In this document: positions 32,311 to 49,142 of the stretch, piece by piece
Numbering within the stretch: position 1 is the stretch's first letter
Layout of the letters: each line of letters opens with the position of its first letter
DNA from: Eledone cirrhosa
Taxonomy: Eukaryota
NCBI GenBank assembly: GCA_964016885.1
Contig: OZ024753.1
Span: forward strand, 6,014,001-6,078,000
DNA: 64,000 bases
Reading direction: 5' to 3'
Notes under the pieces: generated by a model
The model's input: only the letters and a program-made list of their open reading frames with translations
Database searches by the model: none
What the model was told of the DNA's origin: nothing
Program-made: the position numbers and the translations under genes

Positions 32311-32388
32311 ATTGCCTCGTCTGACGAACGAATGAAGTCGTTTATTTCGTATTCGCCTCGTTCGGGAAACCTCTGGTAATGAGGTAAT
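32311..32388 (+). ncRNA. Type I hammerhead motif (family D)
   Basis: attgcctcgt-CTGACGA-...-GAAA-cc(tct)gg-TA-atgaggtaat; helix I 10 bp (2 G-U), GUA triplet; helix II closure imperfect. Confidence 0.65.
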
Positions 32389-33268
32389 AATATTGTATTG
32401 ATTTTATACACTATATATATATATATATATAAAATATACAAATATATATACAGTATATATATATATATATATATATATATTGCTTCAGCCATAGTTTCAT
32501 TGTTGCATTGTTTAATTGTGTTATAGTTATTATTTTTCTTTTACTTTCCTATTACTTTGTGCAAAAAGTATTGAAGAAAGAATATTTCTAATAAAAATCA
32601 TTTTTTATTTTCCTCTGATCCGTGTATATCCTAATTTGCCTTCGTTACAACAATCTTTCCTTGTTGAAATTTTGTTACTGCTTTTCATAAAATTATCACT
32701 TTCGATAGTAATATCAATTCCTGTAGATATGTAGATATTTGGGAAGAACAAAATATAAAACCAATAAGAAAACCCCGCCGGTTAGATGGTTGGATACGAT
32801 TCGGAATAAAACAATATGTGTATTATACGAAGGATACATTTTGCTTTGATCTCACGCTCCGATATACGTCTCATTTCTAGTTTCGGATAAATTATCAACT
32901 GATAATACAAAATAACAAGATTCCTATATATCTAAAAAAAAAATAAAGAGATCGGAAGCCAAAATATATATATTGTAAAGATAACAGTTTACAAATACAC
33001 ACATACATAGCCGCGGGCAGAACCATACACATAGAAACATGCACAAACATATATATATATATATATATGTGTGTGTGAATGTGGTATAAATATATATATA
33101 TATACGTGTGTTATATATATATATATATATATGTATGTGTTATATATATATATATATATATGTATGTGTTATACATATATATATATGTGTGTGTGTGTGT
33201 GTGTATATATTTATATACATCTCTCTCTCTCTCTCTCTCTCTATTTATTAAAATATATATATAAAGTA

Positions 33269-33447
33269 ATTGTTTCTACTTTAGGCACAAGGCCAGCAAT
33301 TACTCAGTGCATTACTGGTACTTTTATTTTATCGACTCCGTAAGGATGAAAGGCAAAGTCAACCTCGGCGGGATTTGAACTCAGATCGTAAAGGGACGTA
33401 AATATGCTGGAAAGCATGGCGTCCGACCCTCTACTGATACTGCCAAA
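33269..33447 (-). mobile_element. SINE
   Basis: Family motifs. Confidence 0.9.
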
Positions 33448-33804
33448 AGTAATAATATATATATAGTAATAATATATATAAAATATATATATTATTACTA
33501 TATATATATTTATATAGTAATATATATATATATATATATAAAGTAATAATATATATAAAATATATATATTATTACTATATATATATTTATATAGTAATAT
33601 ATATATATATATATATAAAGTAATAATATATATAAAATATATATATTATTACTATATATATATTTATATAGTAATATATATATATATATAAAGTAATAAT
33701 ATATATAAAATATATATATTATTACTATATATATATTTATATAGTAATATATATATATATAAAGTAATAATATATATAAAATATATATATTATTACTATA
33801 TATA

Positions 33805-33851
<47 letters not shown>

Positions 33852-34184
33852 ATATATATATATATATAGTAATAATATATATAAAATATATATATTATTA
33901 CTATATATATATTTATATATATATATATATATATAGTAATAATATATATAAAATATATATATTATTACTATATATATATATTTATATATATATAGTAATG
34001 TATATATATATAAAGTAATAATATATATAAAATATATATATTATTACTATATATATATATTTATATATATATATAGTAATATATATATATATATATATAT
34101 ATATAGTAATAATATATATAAAATATATATATTATTACTATATATATATTATTTCTATATATATCTTTATATATATATATATAT
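33447..34184. repeat. Tandem minisatellite of AT-rich palindromic units (~60-90 bp)
   Basis: Repeated agtaataatatatata-aaa-tatatatattattact. Confidence 0.93.
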
Positions 34185-34884
34185 GCGTGCTCGTGTGTGA
34201 GTATAACTTCAAAGATGTTTCTTGATAATCATCGCTATCCTTACTTTGATACATTTGATAATCGATAACTATAGTGAGATTAGAAATGTAAATGTGTATT
34301 TGCCTTCTTATCTTCCGTTAGTATCAAAATCCTAATTGATACAATTGTGATTATCGTTCAAAGATATTTTGCTTTCATTTCTCTTTTGCTGTTGTTGTTT
34401 ATGTTGGATATTTTATGTAGTATATTTTCAATTTTTGTCTGTAATATGTTTTAGGGTGGAGGGATGGTGGATATTTTATGTTCAACTTACGGAAAAATTT
34501 GTGGTGTATATTTTATTCTTTATTTTATTGATAACATCATCAATAGTTGCATCATGATAATTGTGTATAATTGTAATCACCATTATTCTCACCCGAGACA
34601 TTCTCCTTTCTACAACTGTTTTATCTTCATCAATATCACTTTCATTGACAATTATTCTATCAATATTATCACCATCAGTTGCAGCAATAGCTCCTTAATT
34701 ACCCGCCTGATGAGGCCATGTCATTTCTACCGCTTCTGTTGCATCCTCAGTCATGACATCAGACAGGTTTTCACCATCTAGCTTTAAGTAGCTAATCTAC
34801 CGCAGAAAATAATGGTGTGTGGTGATCACCACCCAATCCTATTGCTATTATTCCACTGATATCAAAGTGATGATGTTGATACTA

Positions 34885-35742
34885 ATGGTTTCTTATATAG
34901 GCACAAGACCATCGATGATGTTGATAATAATTGTTTCTACTTTAGGCACAAGGCCAGCAATTACTGGCACATTACATTACTGGTACTTTATTTTATCGAC
35001 CCCGTAAGGATGAAAGGGAAAGTTAACCTCGGCGTGATTTGAACTCAGACTGTAAAGGGACGTAATTATGCTAGAAAGCATGGCGTCCAACCCTCTACCG
35101 ATACTGCCAATTGACCGCCCTTGATGTTGATAATAATAATAATTGTTTCTACTTTTGGCACAAGGGCAGCAATTACCCAGTACATTACTGGTACTTTATT
35201 TTATCGACCCCGTAAGGATGAAAGGCAAAGTTAACCTCAGCGGGATTTGAACTCAATGTCGCAAAGCATATTGTCCGAAGCTCTACCGATACGGACAATC
35301 CATCGCCCTTAAATAATGGTTCTGAGTTTGGCACAAGGCCAGCAATTTTGGGGTAGAGGAAAAATATGTTAGTGGTACTTTATTTTATCGACCCCGTAAG
35401 GATGAAAGGCAAAGTTAACCTCAGCGGGATTTGAACTTAGACCATAAAGGGTCGTAACTATTTTCTGTAAAGCATGGCGTCCGACCTCTACCGATACTGC
35501 CAATTCTCAATGATTTCTACTATAGGCACAAGGCCAGCAATTTGAAGGGAAGGGGAAGGTCGATTAAATAGAGACTACTGCATTACTGGTGCTTTACTTT
35601 ATCAACCCCGTAAGGATGAAAAGCAAAGCTAAACTCGGGGTGTGTGTGTGGGGGGGGGGGGGAGGTCGAACTCAGAACGTAAAGGGCAGTGACTCCATTC
35701 TACAAAGTATGTTGTTCAACGCTCTACCGACACTGCCAATTC
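34885..35742 (-). mobile_element. Head-to-tail cluster of four SINEs plus a tail fragment
   Basis: Family motifs repeated; TSD-like tgatgttgataataat around 34931-35121. Confidence 0.9.
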
Positions 35743-35764
35743 CTTGTATAATAATATTGATAAT

Positions 35765-36995
35765 GATATGGAATGAATCAAATCCAGAAATGAGACGAAA
35801 TCTGGACGATAACAAACTAGCAAATGTAAGAAAAGATATTGTTAGAAACACGAGACTAATGCAAACAGAGGTAAATGAAATTAAGAAGAAAGTTGAAAGG
35901 GATAGAAATGAATGTGACAGAAGAGACACCACAAGACGTATTGATATGCTGTCACCAGGAGATATTCCACAGAAGATTGAATGTATCAGAAACACAACAG
36001 AGCAGGGCCAACCTGAAACACAGATTTACAATATGGATGAGGATATTTCTACTCATGAACAGAAAAATTAGATAGAACAAATACAAGAAATTATCAAAGA
36101 ACTTTGAAAAGTGAAAACAAAAAAACTATTGTATGGGTGTAAAGGAGTCCTTGCAAAATTTGACAAGCAACAATCTGAACAAAAGACACACAAGAACTGG
36201 AAATCAGGCTGTTAAAACTATAATTGAAGAGATATAATCTGATGTATCAGAATTGAATGAGGTTATTTATGCAAGAGCAACGGTGTTAGAAATGAATCAT
36301 ATGTTAAACAAAAAGATTAAAGATCAGAAAACTCACAAGAACCTATCCTGGAAGATAAAAATTGAAAAAGTAATTGAAATGACGAGGGAAGAAATATCGA
36401 TCCTGGCTTAAATATGTACTAGGACATTTGTTAAGTCAAGAACAGGAAGGAAAGAGATTAAGAAATACACAGTAATTTCAAAATCTCATATTCCATCAAT
36501 CAAATAAACCCTCAAACAGTACAGCTGAAAGCTCAAGGAATTAGAGGATTTGAAAAGCAAAATAAATTGTACATGAAAGATAAACTGTTTATGTCAGATG
36601 ACAATTGAAATAAAAGGAACCCACTTCAGTTCAGAAGTTGTAAAAGAGTATGGAGTACAGACAAATTTCATAATGCGATTGCCGAATGGATAAAGAACAT
36701 GGAAAAAACACAATAATTTATAAAGGCACACACGGCTAGACGTAACAGTGGAAGTACTGGTGTTAGCAATAAAGAAAATTAACAAATTGAAATTTCTTGG
36801 AATTGATAATGTAACACGCCTCTGGTTATCTTTTCTAACTGCTACTCAGGATACGTTAGTAAGATACTATAACGAAATTATGCACAGCTCTGAGAATATT
36901 CTTCATTGGTTTGCTGAATAATAATAACTTACCTCTTGCGAAAATCAACAGAAACAAATATTTTTAAAAAAATACCAAAGACCAACTTTTACTTT
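35765..36995 (+). mobile_element. R4/Dong-type LINE relic, N-terminal region to RT start (copy 1)
   Basis: WNESNPEMRRNLDDNKLANVRKDI, KLFMSD, AIKKINKLKFLGIDNV (about K.PG.D), ITYLL.K; many stops. Confidence 0.7.
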
Positions 36996-36999
36996 TCAT

Positions 37000-38285
37000 T
37001 AAACATATGATTCTGGATAACTGTCATGACCAGCGCAGAAATTTGGGCGCTGCTTGGAATGAGTATAACATGCACCACCCGAGTCAACAAAAGAGCAGGG
37101 ACGAGCTGTAAAACAAATTGACAATTTGGCTGAGGATAACTTTCCTCAAGCACACAAAGATTTGATGGAGGAAACAAAACAAGGATTCTCAACGAAATTA
37201 GAAAGCAAAAACACTAATATAGTTGAAAGAGACTCTTTGCAAAACTTGACAAAGAACAACGAGAATAACAACACATAAGGATTGAATATTGGGCTGTTAA
37301 ACCAAATATTGAAGAGATGGAGCTTGATGTATCAGAATTGAATGGGGTATTTTATGAGGCGACAACGGTAATAGAATGGAAGTGTGTGTTAAGGAAAAAA
37401 GTGAAAATGATGCATTACTCCCGAAGATCAGCACTAGAAGACGAAACTTTATAAAGGAATTGAATTGATGATGGGAGAAATATCGATCGAAGAGGAAATA
37501 TATGCTGGTGTATCTGTCAAGTCAAGAAAAGGAAAGAAAGTGATTAAGAAATACAAAGCAATTTCAAAACCTGATATCCCATCAATCAAAGAAACCTTGA
37601 AACATAGCGTACAGCTGAAAGCTCAAACAATCAGGAGATTTGAAAAGGGAAATAGGTTTTACAGGCAACATAATCTGTTTATGTCAGATGCGAAAAGGTC
37701 TTTCAGGAGAATTGGGATATTTCAACTAAAGAAAACTGCTAAAATTCATTAGATTGAAGAATTTCGTAAAACAGTATGGAATAGAGTAAGATCTCATAAT
37801 GAGAATAAGGATTCGATGAAGAACATGCAAGAAATATAAAATAATTGAGAAGGGCTGATATACTACTAGAGAACATGATGAATTAGCACGAAGGAAATCC
37901 AGCAAATGGAAATCTCCAGATATTAATAAAGTGCCAATCGTCTGCTTAAAGTTTCTGAAAGACATGTAGGTAAAATGTTAACGCGACATGATGCACAAGC
38001 AGGAGAAAACACATGATTGGTTTGATACACTCAAGAGAAAAAATATCGCAAAGCATTACCGTCTCATCACTTGCCTTTCCACATCATATATTGTTGTGGA
38101 TGTTCAGAAAAATTCCCCAATAATATAGAACTATCTCAAATATATGACTATGGAATGTAAATCTATTACTGTCACAGACTGAATGTACTATAAATTCCAG
38201 CAGGAAAATCATTAACTGTGGTATTTTGCAAGGTGATTCGTTTTCTCGTCTAATATTTTACATTGCACTTTTGTCTTTGTTGCGT
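37000..38285 (+). mobile_element. R4/Dong-type LINE relic (copy 2) extending into RT
   Basis: QHNLFMSDAKRSF, HYRLITCLST, GILQGDSFSRLIF; colinear with copy 1 at ~1.08 kb offset. Confidence 0.75.
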
Positions 38286-38786
38286 TGTTGGTGCCTGTGT
38301 TGACAGTGGTGACGGTGGTGGTGCTTGTGGTGGGGGTAGTAGTGATGGGGAAAAATTGTGTTGGCATTAGTGTTGTGTGCATTTTGGCTATAATCTTTCT
38401 CTGTCCAATTTATTCTGGGCGAAGCGAGAGAGATTTTGCTTTTTGTCCTTTTATTTCGTATCAATTTCGACTCATCCCTCTCACCGAAATTCATACTTGA
38501 CTGCCAAGACGGGTAGAAGCCTATCTGCCACGTCTGTTGATGTGCTGTCGTTGTTGTTGCTAATATCACCGTTGATGGGCTTAGTTCTGGCCTTTGTACT
38601 GCAGCATTTTCAAACATATGAACTATCGCATTCTAAGCAAAATATTTATTGCTACAACTATAGTCTAGGTTGCATTAAGTGAATAATCTTCAAAATCAAA
38701 GAGATTAATATGTCATGTTTACATTTTAATGAGGAAATATGTATCAGGCCATAAGATAGATCATTTTTCAGTGTTAGTGTGTACAG

Positions 38787-41808
<3,022 letters not shown>

Positions 41809-41967
41809 TTTCCGTAAATGAGTGTAGATTCAATATATATTATTTAGTATAAGTTTATATATCTGAAGGAAAACCTAATGTTTATAACAGCTATATATTT
41901 AGCATCACATTAATATTAGATGAAACGTTCCAACAGTTAAGAAGCAAGGTCATTGTCTGAGCAGAAT

Positions 41968-42433
41968 TAGTTCAAATCCCGCCGAGGTTAACTTTGCCTT
42001 TCATCCTTACGGGGTCGATAAAATAAAGTACCAGTAATGTACTGGGTACTTGCTGGCCTTGTGCCTGAAGTAGAAACAATTATCTGAACAGAATTAATAA
42101 ACATTTAACTGCAAACTGCCAAAAGCCAATATGCTGTGCTCCGATGAAGATATATTCATATGATATATTATGGAATAATATATATATAAACATTCCATAA
42201 TATATCATATAAACATACCTTCCTCTCAGCACACCACATTATATATATATTGCGGTGGATTGGCAGTATCGGTAGAGGGTCGGACGCCATGCTTTCAAGC
42301 ATAGTTACGTCCCTTTACGACCTGAGTTCAAATCGCGCCGAGGTTGACTTTGCCTTTCATCCTTACGGGGGTCGATAAAATAAAGTACCAGTAATGCAGT
42401 GGTAATTGCTGGCCTTGTGCCTAAAGTAGAAAC

Positions 42434-42479
<46 letters not shown>

Positions 42480-42531
42480 GTTTCTACTTTAGGCACAAGG
42501 CCAGCACATAGCCAGTGCATTGCTGGTACTT
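41968..42531 (+). mobile_element. SINEs at 41968-42082 and 42253-42438 (+), and an inverted tail fragment at 42478-42531 (-)
   Basis: Family motifs. Confidence 0.88.
42128..42240. repeat. Imperfect inverted repeat with a 19 bp perfect core
   Basis: atatgatatattatggaat / attccataatatatcatat; outer aatatgctgtgct / agcacaccacatt. Confidence 0.8.
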
Positions 42532-43037
42532 TATATATATATATATACCACACTCGATATACACTTGGTCAATAAGAATAATTGGTGTGGAAAAAATTAA
42601 AATAATTAAGATAAGTAAATGGTCTTCAGATTTGGAGCGAGTGACCTTGACGACTCACAGAATTGTGAAGAACTTGCCTGATTACCATTGATCATGAAAA
42701 TGGCTCTTAATCCATCATAATTAAGATTAGAACTAAAATGTATACTCCACCTTCTTATGTCCTATTGTTTAACTATTGAGTATTGAATGTTCGACTTTGT
42801 AATATTAGCCAGCCTTTACATGTGTGTATATACGTGTATATACCCTGATATGTATATATACATTTATACAATATACTGGTGGGGTTCTATTTGGTACGAA
42901 TTCAACAGTTGGAATTCAACCACCATATAACGAGTCTGTCTTTTACACCCATGAACCCGAGGAAGTTGACGTCAATAACGATTATGGGAAGAAGGGGAAG
43001 TTATCCAGGTAGCATATTTTCCGATATTCATGAAGAT

Positions 43038-43192
43038 AGGCAGTATCGGTAGAGGGTCGGAAGCCATGCTTTCCAGCATAGTTACGTCCCTTTACGATTT
43101 GAGTTCAAATCCCACCGAGGTTGACTTTGCCTTTCATCTTTACGGGGTCGATAAAATAAAGTACCAGTAATGCACTGGGTAGAAACAATTAT
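43038..43192 (+). mobile_element. SINE with a deletion in the tail
   Basis: Family motifs. Confidence 0.88.
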
Positions 43193-43215
43193 AACATATG
43201 TTATATATATATATG

Positions 43216-43327
43216 AGTATTCCGATGATATGATCAGAGACGCACACTGTGCTTAAGATGCGTGACCCAACTTCCAGTGATCAGCGGCCTTTAAACTCAC
43301 CTGATCATTGAAACAATTGTTAATACT
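43216..43327 (+). ncRNA. Type I hammerhead motif with a long helix II insert (family E), U4C core variant
   Basis: agtatt-CCGATGA-t-atgatcag...ctgatcat-t-GAAA-caattg-TT-aatact; palindromic helix III ACAATTGT; aataaa just downstream, then (TA)n. Confidence 0.65.
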
Positions 43328-43375
43328 GTAAATAAAACCCTTTTTGTACAGCCGACCATGTTATCCTTCACTCTT

Positions 43376-43419
<44 letters not shown>

Positions 43420-43420
<1 letters not shown>

Positions 43421-43614
43421 CGTTTCTGAATTTGTTTAGCAAGATTCTTTATCTGAAATCGTGTGTTGAAACCGATATTGTTATACTTTGGGAGGGTCAT
43501 GTTGCCAATAATTTATAAGTTTGTAAATTTGTAAATTTATAAATATATAATAAATTGAAGTGAAAGCAGCTGGTGCGTGTGTTTCTTATTGGCAACATGA
43601 CCCTCCCAAAGTAT

Positions 43615-43622
<8 letters not shown>
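43420..43622 (-). mobile_element. Fold-back mini-element: 37 bp perfect arms plus ~55 nt tail, in (TA)n
   Basis: 43475-43511 is the reverse complement of 43586-43622. Confidence 0.85.
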
Positions 43623-43661
<39 letters not shown>

Positions 43662-43663
<2 letters not shown>

Positions 43664-43844
43664 ATTCCGGGTTGAATCGGAGGTAACCACAGTAAGTAAT
43701 GTACTCAATACATTGCAGAGTATAAAAGTTTTAATATAGATGAGATATAAATATAAATACCATACTTATTTTTTGATACCCAGATTCCTGATGATTTCTA
43801 AAGAATGAAACAGTTCTAGTCCTGTAGAATTTCATCTATATTAA

Positions 43845-43848
<4 letters not shown>
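43662..43848. mobile_element. Fold-back PLE-like mini-element (family B) in (TA)n
   Basis: Inverted ttttaatatagatga / tcatctatattaaaa; shares ends with the 1211 and 53421 copies. Confidence 0.75.
43782..43832 (+). ncRNA. Type I hammerhead motif (family B)
   Basis: agattc-CTGATGA-t-ttc(taaa)gaa-t-GAAA-cag(ttctagtc)ctg-TA-gaattt; GUA triplet. Confidence 0.7.
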
Positions 43849-43893
<45 letters not shown>

Positions 43894-44035
43894 TGGTAAC
43901 ACAACAGTTAGTTCACTATACCGAGAACAATTGTTTCACCTTAGCGGTTACGAGCTTCTACCTAACTCGTCCCATGGACTGAGTGCTCTACCGCTACGGA
44001 TATTACCTTCCAGTGTTCTACTTCTCTCTCTCTCG

Positions 44036-44067
<32 letters not shown>

Positions 44068-45344
44068 GTGTATATCTATGTGTATATATATATGTATATA
44101 TATATATATATATAATGGTTTAACTATTTATCTCTCTCAATCTACCTCTTTTTCTTAATTTCTCTATTCTGTGTTTCTGGAAAATTTTACATTCAATGAA
44201 CTATGAGTTTGATCGTCAATAAAAATACATCTCTATGGTCGTCAATTTATTCATTACTTCTATATTTATTTGTTAGAAAATGCGATAATATCTAACAATT
44301 ATTACAGTCATTTGTACATATATGCCGATTGTTTTCTATGGGATAACCGAGAAAGAAATGCAAATACGAATATGAATATACATTAAAGCTTCATTTTCTA
44401 TTTTAAAAGAATTATTTCGTCTTTTATATTTTGGTTGATACCTATTTATAAAGGCCAAAAATAGTCTTGATTAACATATTTAAGTTAATATCATCTTTAC
44501 TGGGTCATTCCTATTATAAACGTTGTACAAGTGAGATTATGTATATATGTGTATTTATGTGTGTGTATATGTAAATGTGCATGAGTTCACTATTGTGTTT
44601 CGCTGACTATGTGTATACGCGCATATGAATGTGTAGATCTTTGTGCATATGCATATAATATGCCTAGGTATATAGTTGTGAAGATTATATTAGATTATGT
44701 GTGTATTTTATATGTATTGGAGTATATTATGACGGGGGAACGAGGGAAAGTATTTTCCATTCAGCCATTAAAGAAGGCTTTCTTATATCACAATGATTCA
44801 TGAATAAATATCTTATGATGTTCATCCTTAATCTGTCTATTCTATGTGGTGGTACATCGATCAATATCCTTTTGGATCACCGCCTTATAGTTATCATAAG
44901 AGGTTACTCTTTTGAACGCGAACTTTAATATATCTGAATTAGCGAAATTTCAGACAAAGAAAATTCATAGAACAAAATAAATTTCATATTATCAATCTAG
45001 AATGGTGTACCTATCGCTACGATAATATGCATATCAACTTAGTTATTAAAACCGTATTAAGCTAAAGTAGACTAAAATCACTTCCATACACATTTCCTAC
45101 AATAAAGACCAATCCATATTGTGCTTTTATTGTGGCCCTCATTGTAAACTAGATACCTTTAATCATAACTTAAAAGCCATTGGTAAACACTATGGAATGT
45201 AAATGATGCATTATCAAATATGTGTCAGTTATGAATATCTAGGTAATATTCCCGAGGCTCTTAAATAACATATCCTTTTCTACCCATACTTTTAACTACT
45301 AACCCTTATCCATTTCGTCTCATTAATATCATACTACGTATTCA

Positions 45345-45410
45345 TTCTGCATGCATGGTCCTGTAACTCCTGAGGGAGTCGTAGGGGCGCCATATTGATA
45401 TAGGGCATTG
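45345..45410 (-). mobile_element. Tail-only fragment shared with the long SINE subfamily (LINE-like 3' end)
   Basis: gtaactcctgagggagtcgtaggggcgcc resembles 54947-54977. Confidence 0.6.
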
Positions 45411-46140
45411 ACGTGAGTGAATGAACGAACGGATATGAGATGGGTGAAGGAATGGATGGGTATGTGTCGGGTGAAAGAATGGACAATTATTAGGGAGGGA
45501 AATGTTATATCGACGATAGAAAATGTTAACACGAAATGGAAAAAAAAACAAGACATATGCGTTCATGCCAGTTATCGAAATGAACGTCTTAGTTTCAATC
45601 ACTAACTACAGTACCGTTGATACATTTGGGATAACAACATCAAATTAGAGATTTAAACAATGTTCTGGCATATATTAAAGGATGGGAAATGAGAACAAAA
45701 CAAACTAAAGAATGATGTGAAAAATAAATGAAACAAAATTTACATGAAATTACATGGCAATGACAAAATATAATAATATCTTTTCATGTAATTTCAGGTG
45801 AGTCTGAACATTTTGTAAAGCTTCCCATAGCGAATCCGATTAAGGCAAACATAATTAGATAACTATTACTATTTACACAAAAACCCACGTATATTTGAAA
45901 GAAAACTTTATATATATATATTATATATATATATGTGTGTGTGTATGTGTGTGTGTGTTAGAGAGGTTTACTTAAAGCATTGTGGAATATGAAAAATAGT
46001 CGTTTTGGAAACCTCAACAATGCAGATGGATAAATCTCCGGGTAACAAAATAAGGTGGTATTGAGAGAGGGAGAAGTAAGAAGAAGTGTAGAGAGCGTAA
46101 AAGAACGTAAGAAAAGTGTAAAAAATAACACGAGATAGAG

Positions 46141-46660
46141 TCACCTTGGAAGCGATTTAACAGTCCCTATATTTCGGATTTCACATCCATCAACGGTGGT
46201 TTTCTGAGGATAAAGACTTGTGTCGGAGAAGGACAACACGTGGCCTTCGTTATTTACCGTGTGCGGACAACTGAATAACTCTATCGGCGCGTGTACGCGC
46301 GGTATTGGTGCGGTCAGATAAAGTTCTTCTATACTTGAGTAGTGTTTGTGTGTACTTAACATTCCTGTCAAGTCCTTGCGTTCCGAATTTGATTATCTGT
46401 TTTTGGAAAGACGAGACCCTAGTGTTGATATGTTCCTTGATCCGGACGCGTAGAGGCCGGATGGTACTATCGATGTAAAATTTGTTACACTTGTCTCATT
46501 CAATATTATATACGACGTATGATCTTTCATACCCGGAAGAATAAAAGGAAGTACATGTTCAAACCTGCAGATCCGTGTCACAGGTTTGATCTTCGTCATT
46601 GTGTTCAAGTGGTGACAGTCCAACATTCAAGGTAGTGCAAATAGTACAGTTGTACAGAGA
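46141..46660 (-). pseudogene. Degenerate LTR- or DIRS-type reverse transcriptase relic
   Basis: One frame with two stops: LFALP*MLDCHHLN...FTSIVPSGLY...SIEELYLTA (about YIDD.L)...GHVLSFSDTSLYPQ..DGCEI; motif order fits RT but the catalytic DD is not intact. Confidence 0.4.
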
Positions 46661-47574
46661 GCCACTATTTTAGTGGTTCTCCAACGTGTAGGGCGTGTGA
46701 TGTATTTATTATTTCATTTTGGCGAAGAATAAAATAAGATTCGTTGACTAAAAACATAGAAAACGTCGCCATTTCCTCTCATGTGTCAATTCCTTATTTT
46801 AAAATGAAATCAGTACGGTAATGCTTTATGGGAAATAGAAGAATGTTTACTTTCTTTGCTTATCTCTCTCATATATACGAGAATAGGTTACTAAGTCCAT
46901 AGTCTTACAAAAATACTCTGATGGAATGACCAAATGAGGTTCATCTCTGAACACAGTCCTCTGAAAGGAACACTGCAGTTTTAATAAGTGTTGAAAATGA
47001 TGCACACAAGATTTCATAACTCCAAAATCATTCCTTCATAGTCAGCCTACAAATGCTTCAGCCCACCCTCGTATAAATGAAGACTTAACGATAGAGCCAG
47101 TAAATTAAAATGGAAAGTCCTAATATAATAATTCAGGTGATGATTTAGTTCAAGAATTCATTTTCGTGATTGTAGGATTTAAAAAAAAAAAAGTTAGTAA
47201 ATTTGTAGTTGGGCATTTTATGTATGAATTAAATATAGATAAATCTGCAGAGACAGTGTTAAGAAAGCCAACATCTACCAAAATTTACTCAATGCTTAAG
47301 GTAAGCAAATCTTTACTAAAACTTAAGTTTCTTCATAAGTAATGTAAGACCATTACTTCTGTCAAATAACCAGCATAATAGGGTTAAATATTCTTAATTT
47401 GGATAAACGTTCATTTGGCAATTCTCTAATCAATCATCGGTTAACAATTGCATGTGATTATCAATAATTATATTCTCTCATTTAAAATAATACTTAATAA
47501 ATATTTAGACAAAGACTCCCAAGAACTGAAAGAAATTATTCGAATATCTGTGTATTTCAAGTAATATGAATGCT

Positions 47575-47937
<363 letters not shown>

Positions 47938-48279
47938 AGGAAAAGAAGTCAAAATGCAAAAGGAGTCTTTTTAAGAATATATATAATATATACGTATACA
48001 CAGAGAGAAAGAGGGAGCGAGAGACAGAACGATAATGCGGCGAAAGCAAGAAAGAAATGACATTCATCACTTCTTTCATATCTCATGTATATAATTAGTG
48101 ACTTCAAATGAATATTATATTCGATATTATAGTATTTAATAAGGAATATTATTAATTATGCAACTCCGAATTAAGGAAATTACAAAGTTAGACATGAAAC
48201 AAAATTCAATGAATTTTTGTCATTTGTAAAATCATAATTTTATATTTAATAAATAGCATGAATATTTCGATGGAAAGAA

Positions 48280-48282
<3 letters not shown>

Positions 48283-48321
<39 letters not shown>

Positions 48322-48733
48322 TTATTTATATAATCATATATATAATCATATATATATATATATGTATATTTATTTATATATTATATAATCATATATATAT
48401 ATATATGTATGTATATTTATTTATATATTATATAATCATATATATATATATATATATATGTATGTATATTTATTTATATATTATATAATCATATATATAT
48501 ATATATGTATGTATATTTATTTATATATTATATAATCATATATATATATATATATATGTATGTATATTTATTTATATATTATATATTATAATCATATATA
48601 TATATATCTATTTATATATTATAATCATATATATATATATATATATGTATGTATATTTATTTATATATTATATATTATAATCATATATATATATATATTT
48701 ATTTATATATTATAATCATATATATATATATAT
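48283..48733. repeat. AT-rich minisatellite (~45-55 bp; tatttatttatatattatataatca core)
   Basis: Directly visible. Confidence 0.93.
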
Positions 48734-48802
48734 TCACGTGGTTGAAAGTATAAGGAAAAGAAACTGAAAATGCAACTGGAGCTTTTTTAAATATTTATTT
48801 AT

Positions 48803-48844
48803 TTACTTTACCGGTTTCCCAGTTCTTATGATTTTCAAAAGTAA
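48803..48844 (-). ncRNA. Minimal hammerhead with U3-A8 core (family C, copy 1)
   Basis: ttactt-TTGAAAA-tca(taagaac)tgg-GAAA-ccgg-TA-aagtaa. Confidence 0.6.
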
Positions 48845-49095
48845 CATTGAGAAGTAGGGTTTGTGCTTCTGGTTTGTCTCAGATATATGTTTATTCGAAT
48901 AATTTTGAACAGAATACTACAATTTCACTGCGATGTATATGGGAGTAGGACGCGAAGGAAGATAAATAATTCAAGAGAAAACCAGCTCTGAGATATTAAT
49001 TTTACCGGGTTACAAATACCATTCTTATAACTATTAGGCTTACAAGAAAAATTACATTTAACCATATATACACATAGGTCGGTATGTACGAATAT

Positions 49096-49142
<47 letters not shown>

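Noticed and set aside
34705-34780. ctgatgaggcc hammerhead-like 5' core
   Set aside because: No matching helix II 3' arm followed by GAAA.
42870-43012. Exon-like frame GGVLFGTNSTVGIQPPYNESVF...
   Set aside because: No usable upstream AG acceptor and no recognised homology.
46915-46965. CTGATGG ... GAAACACAGTC
   Set aside because: No helix I pairing.
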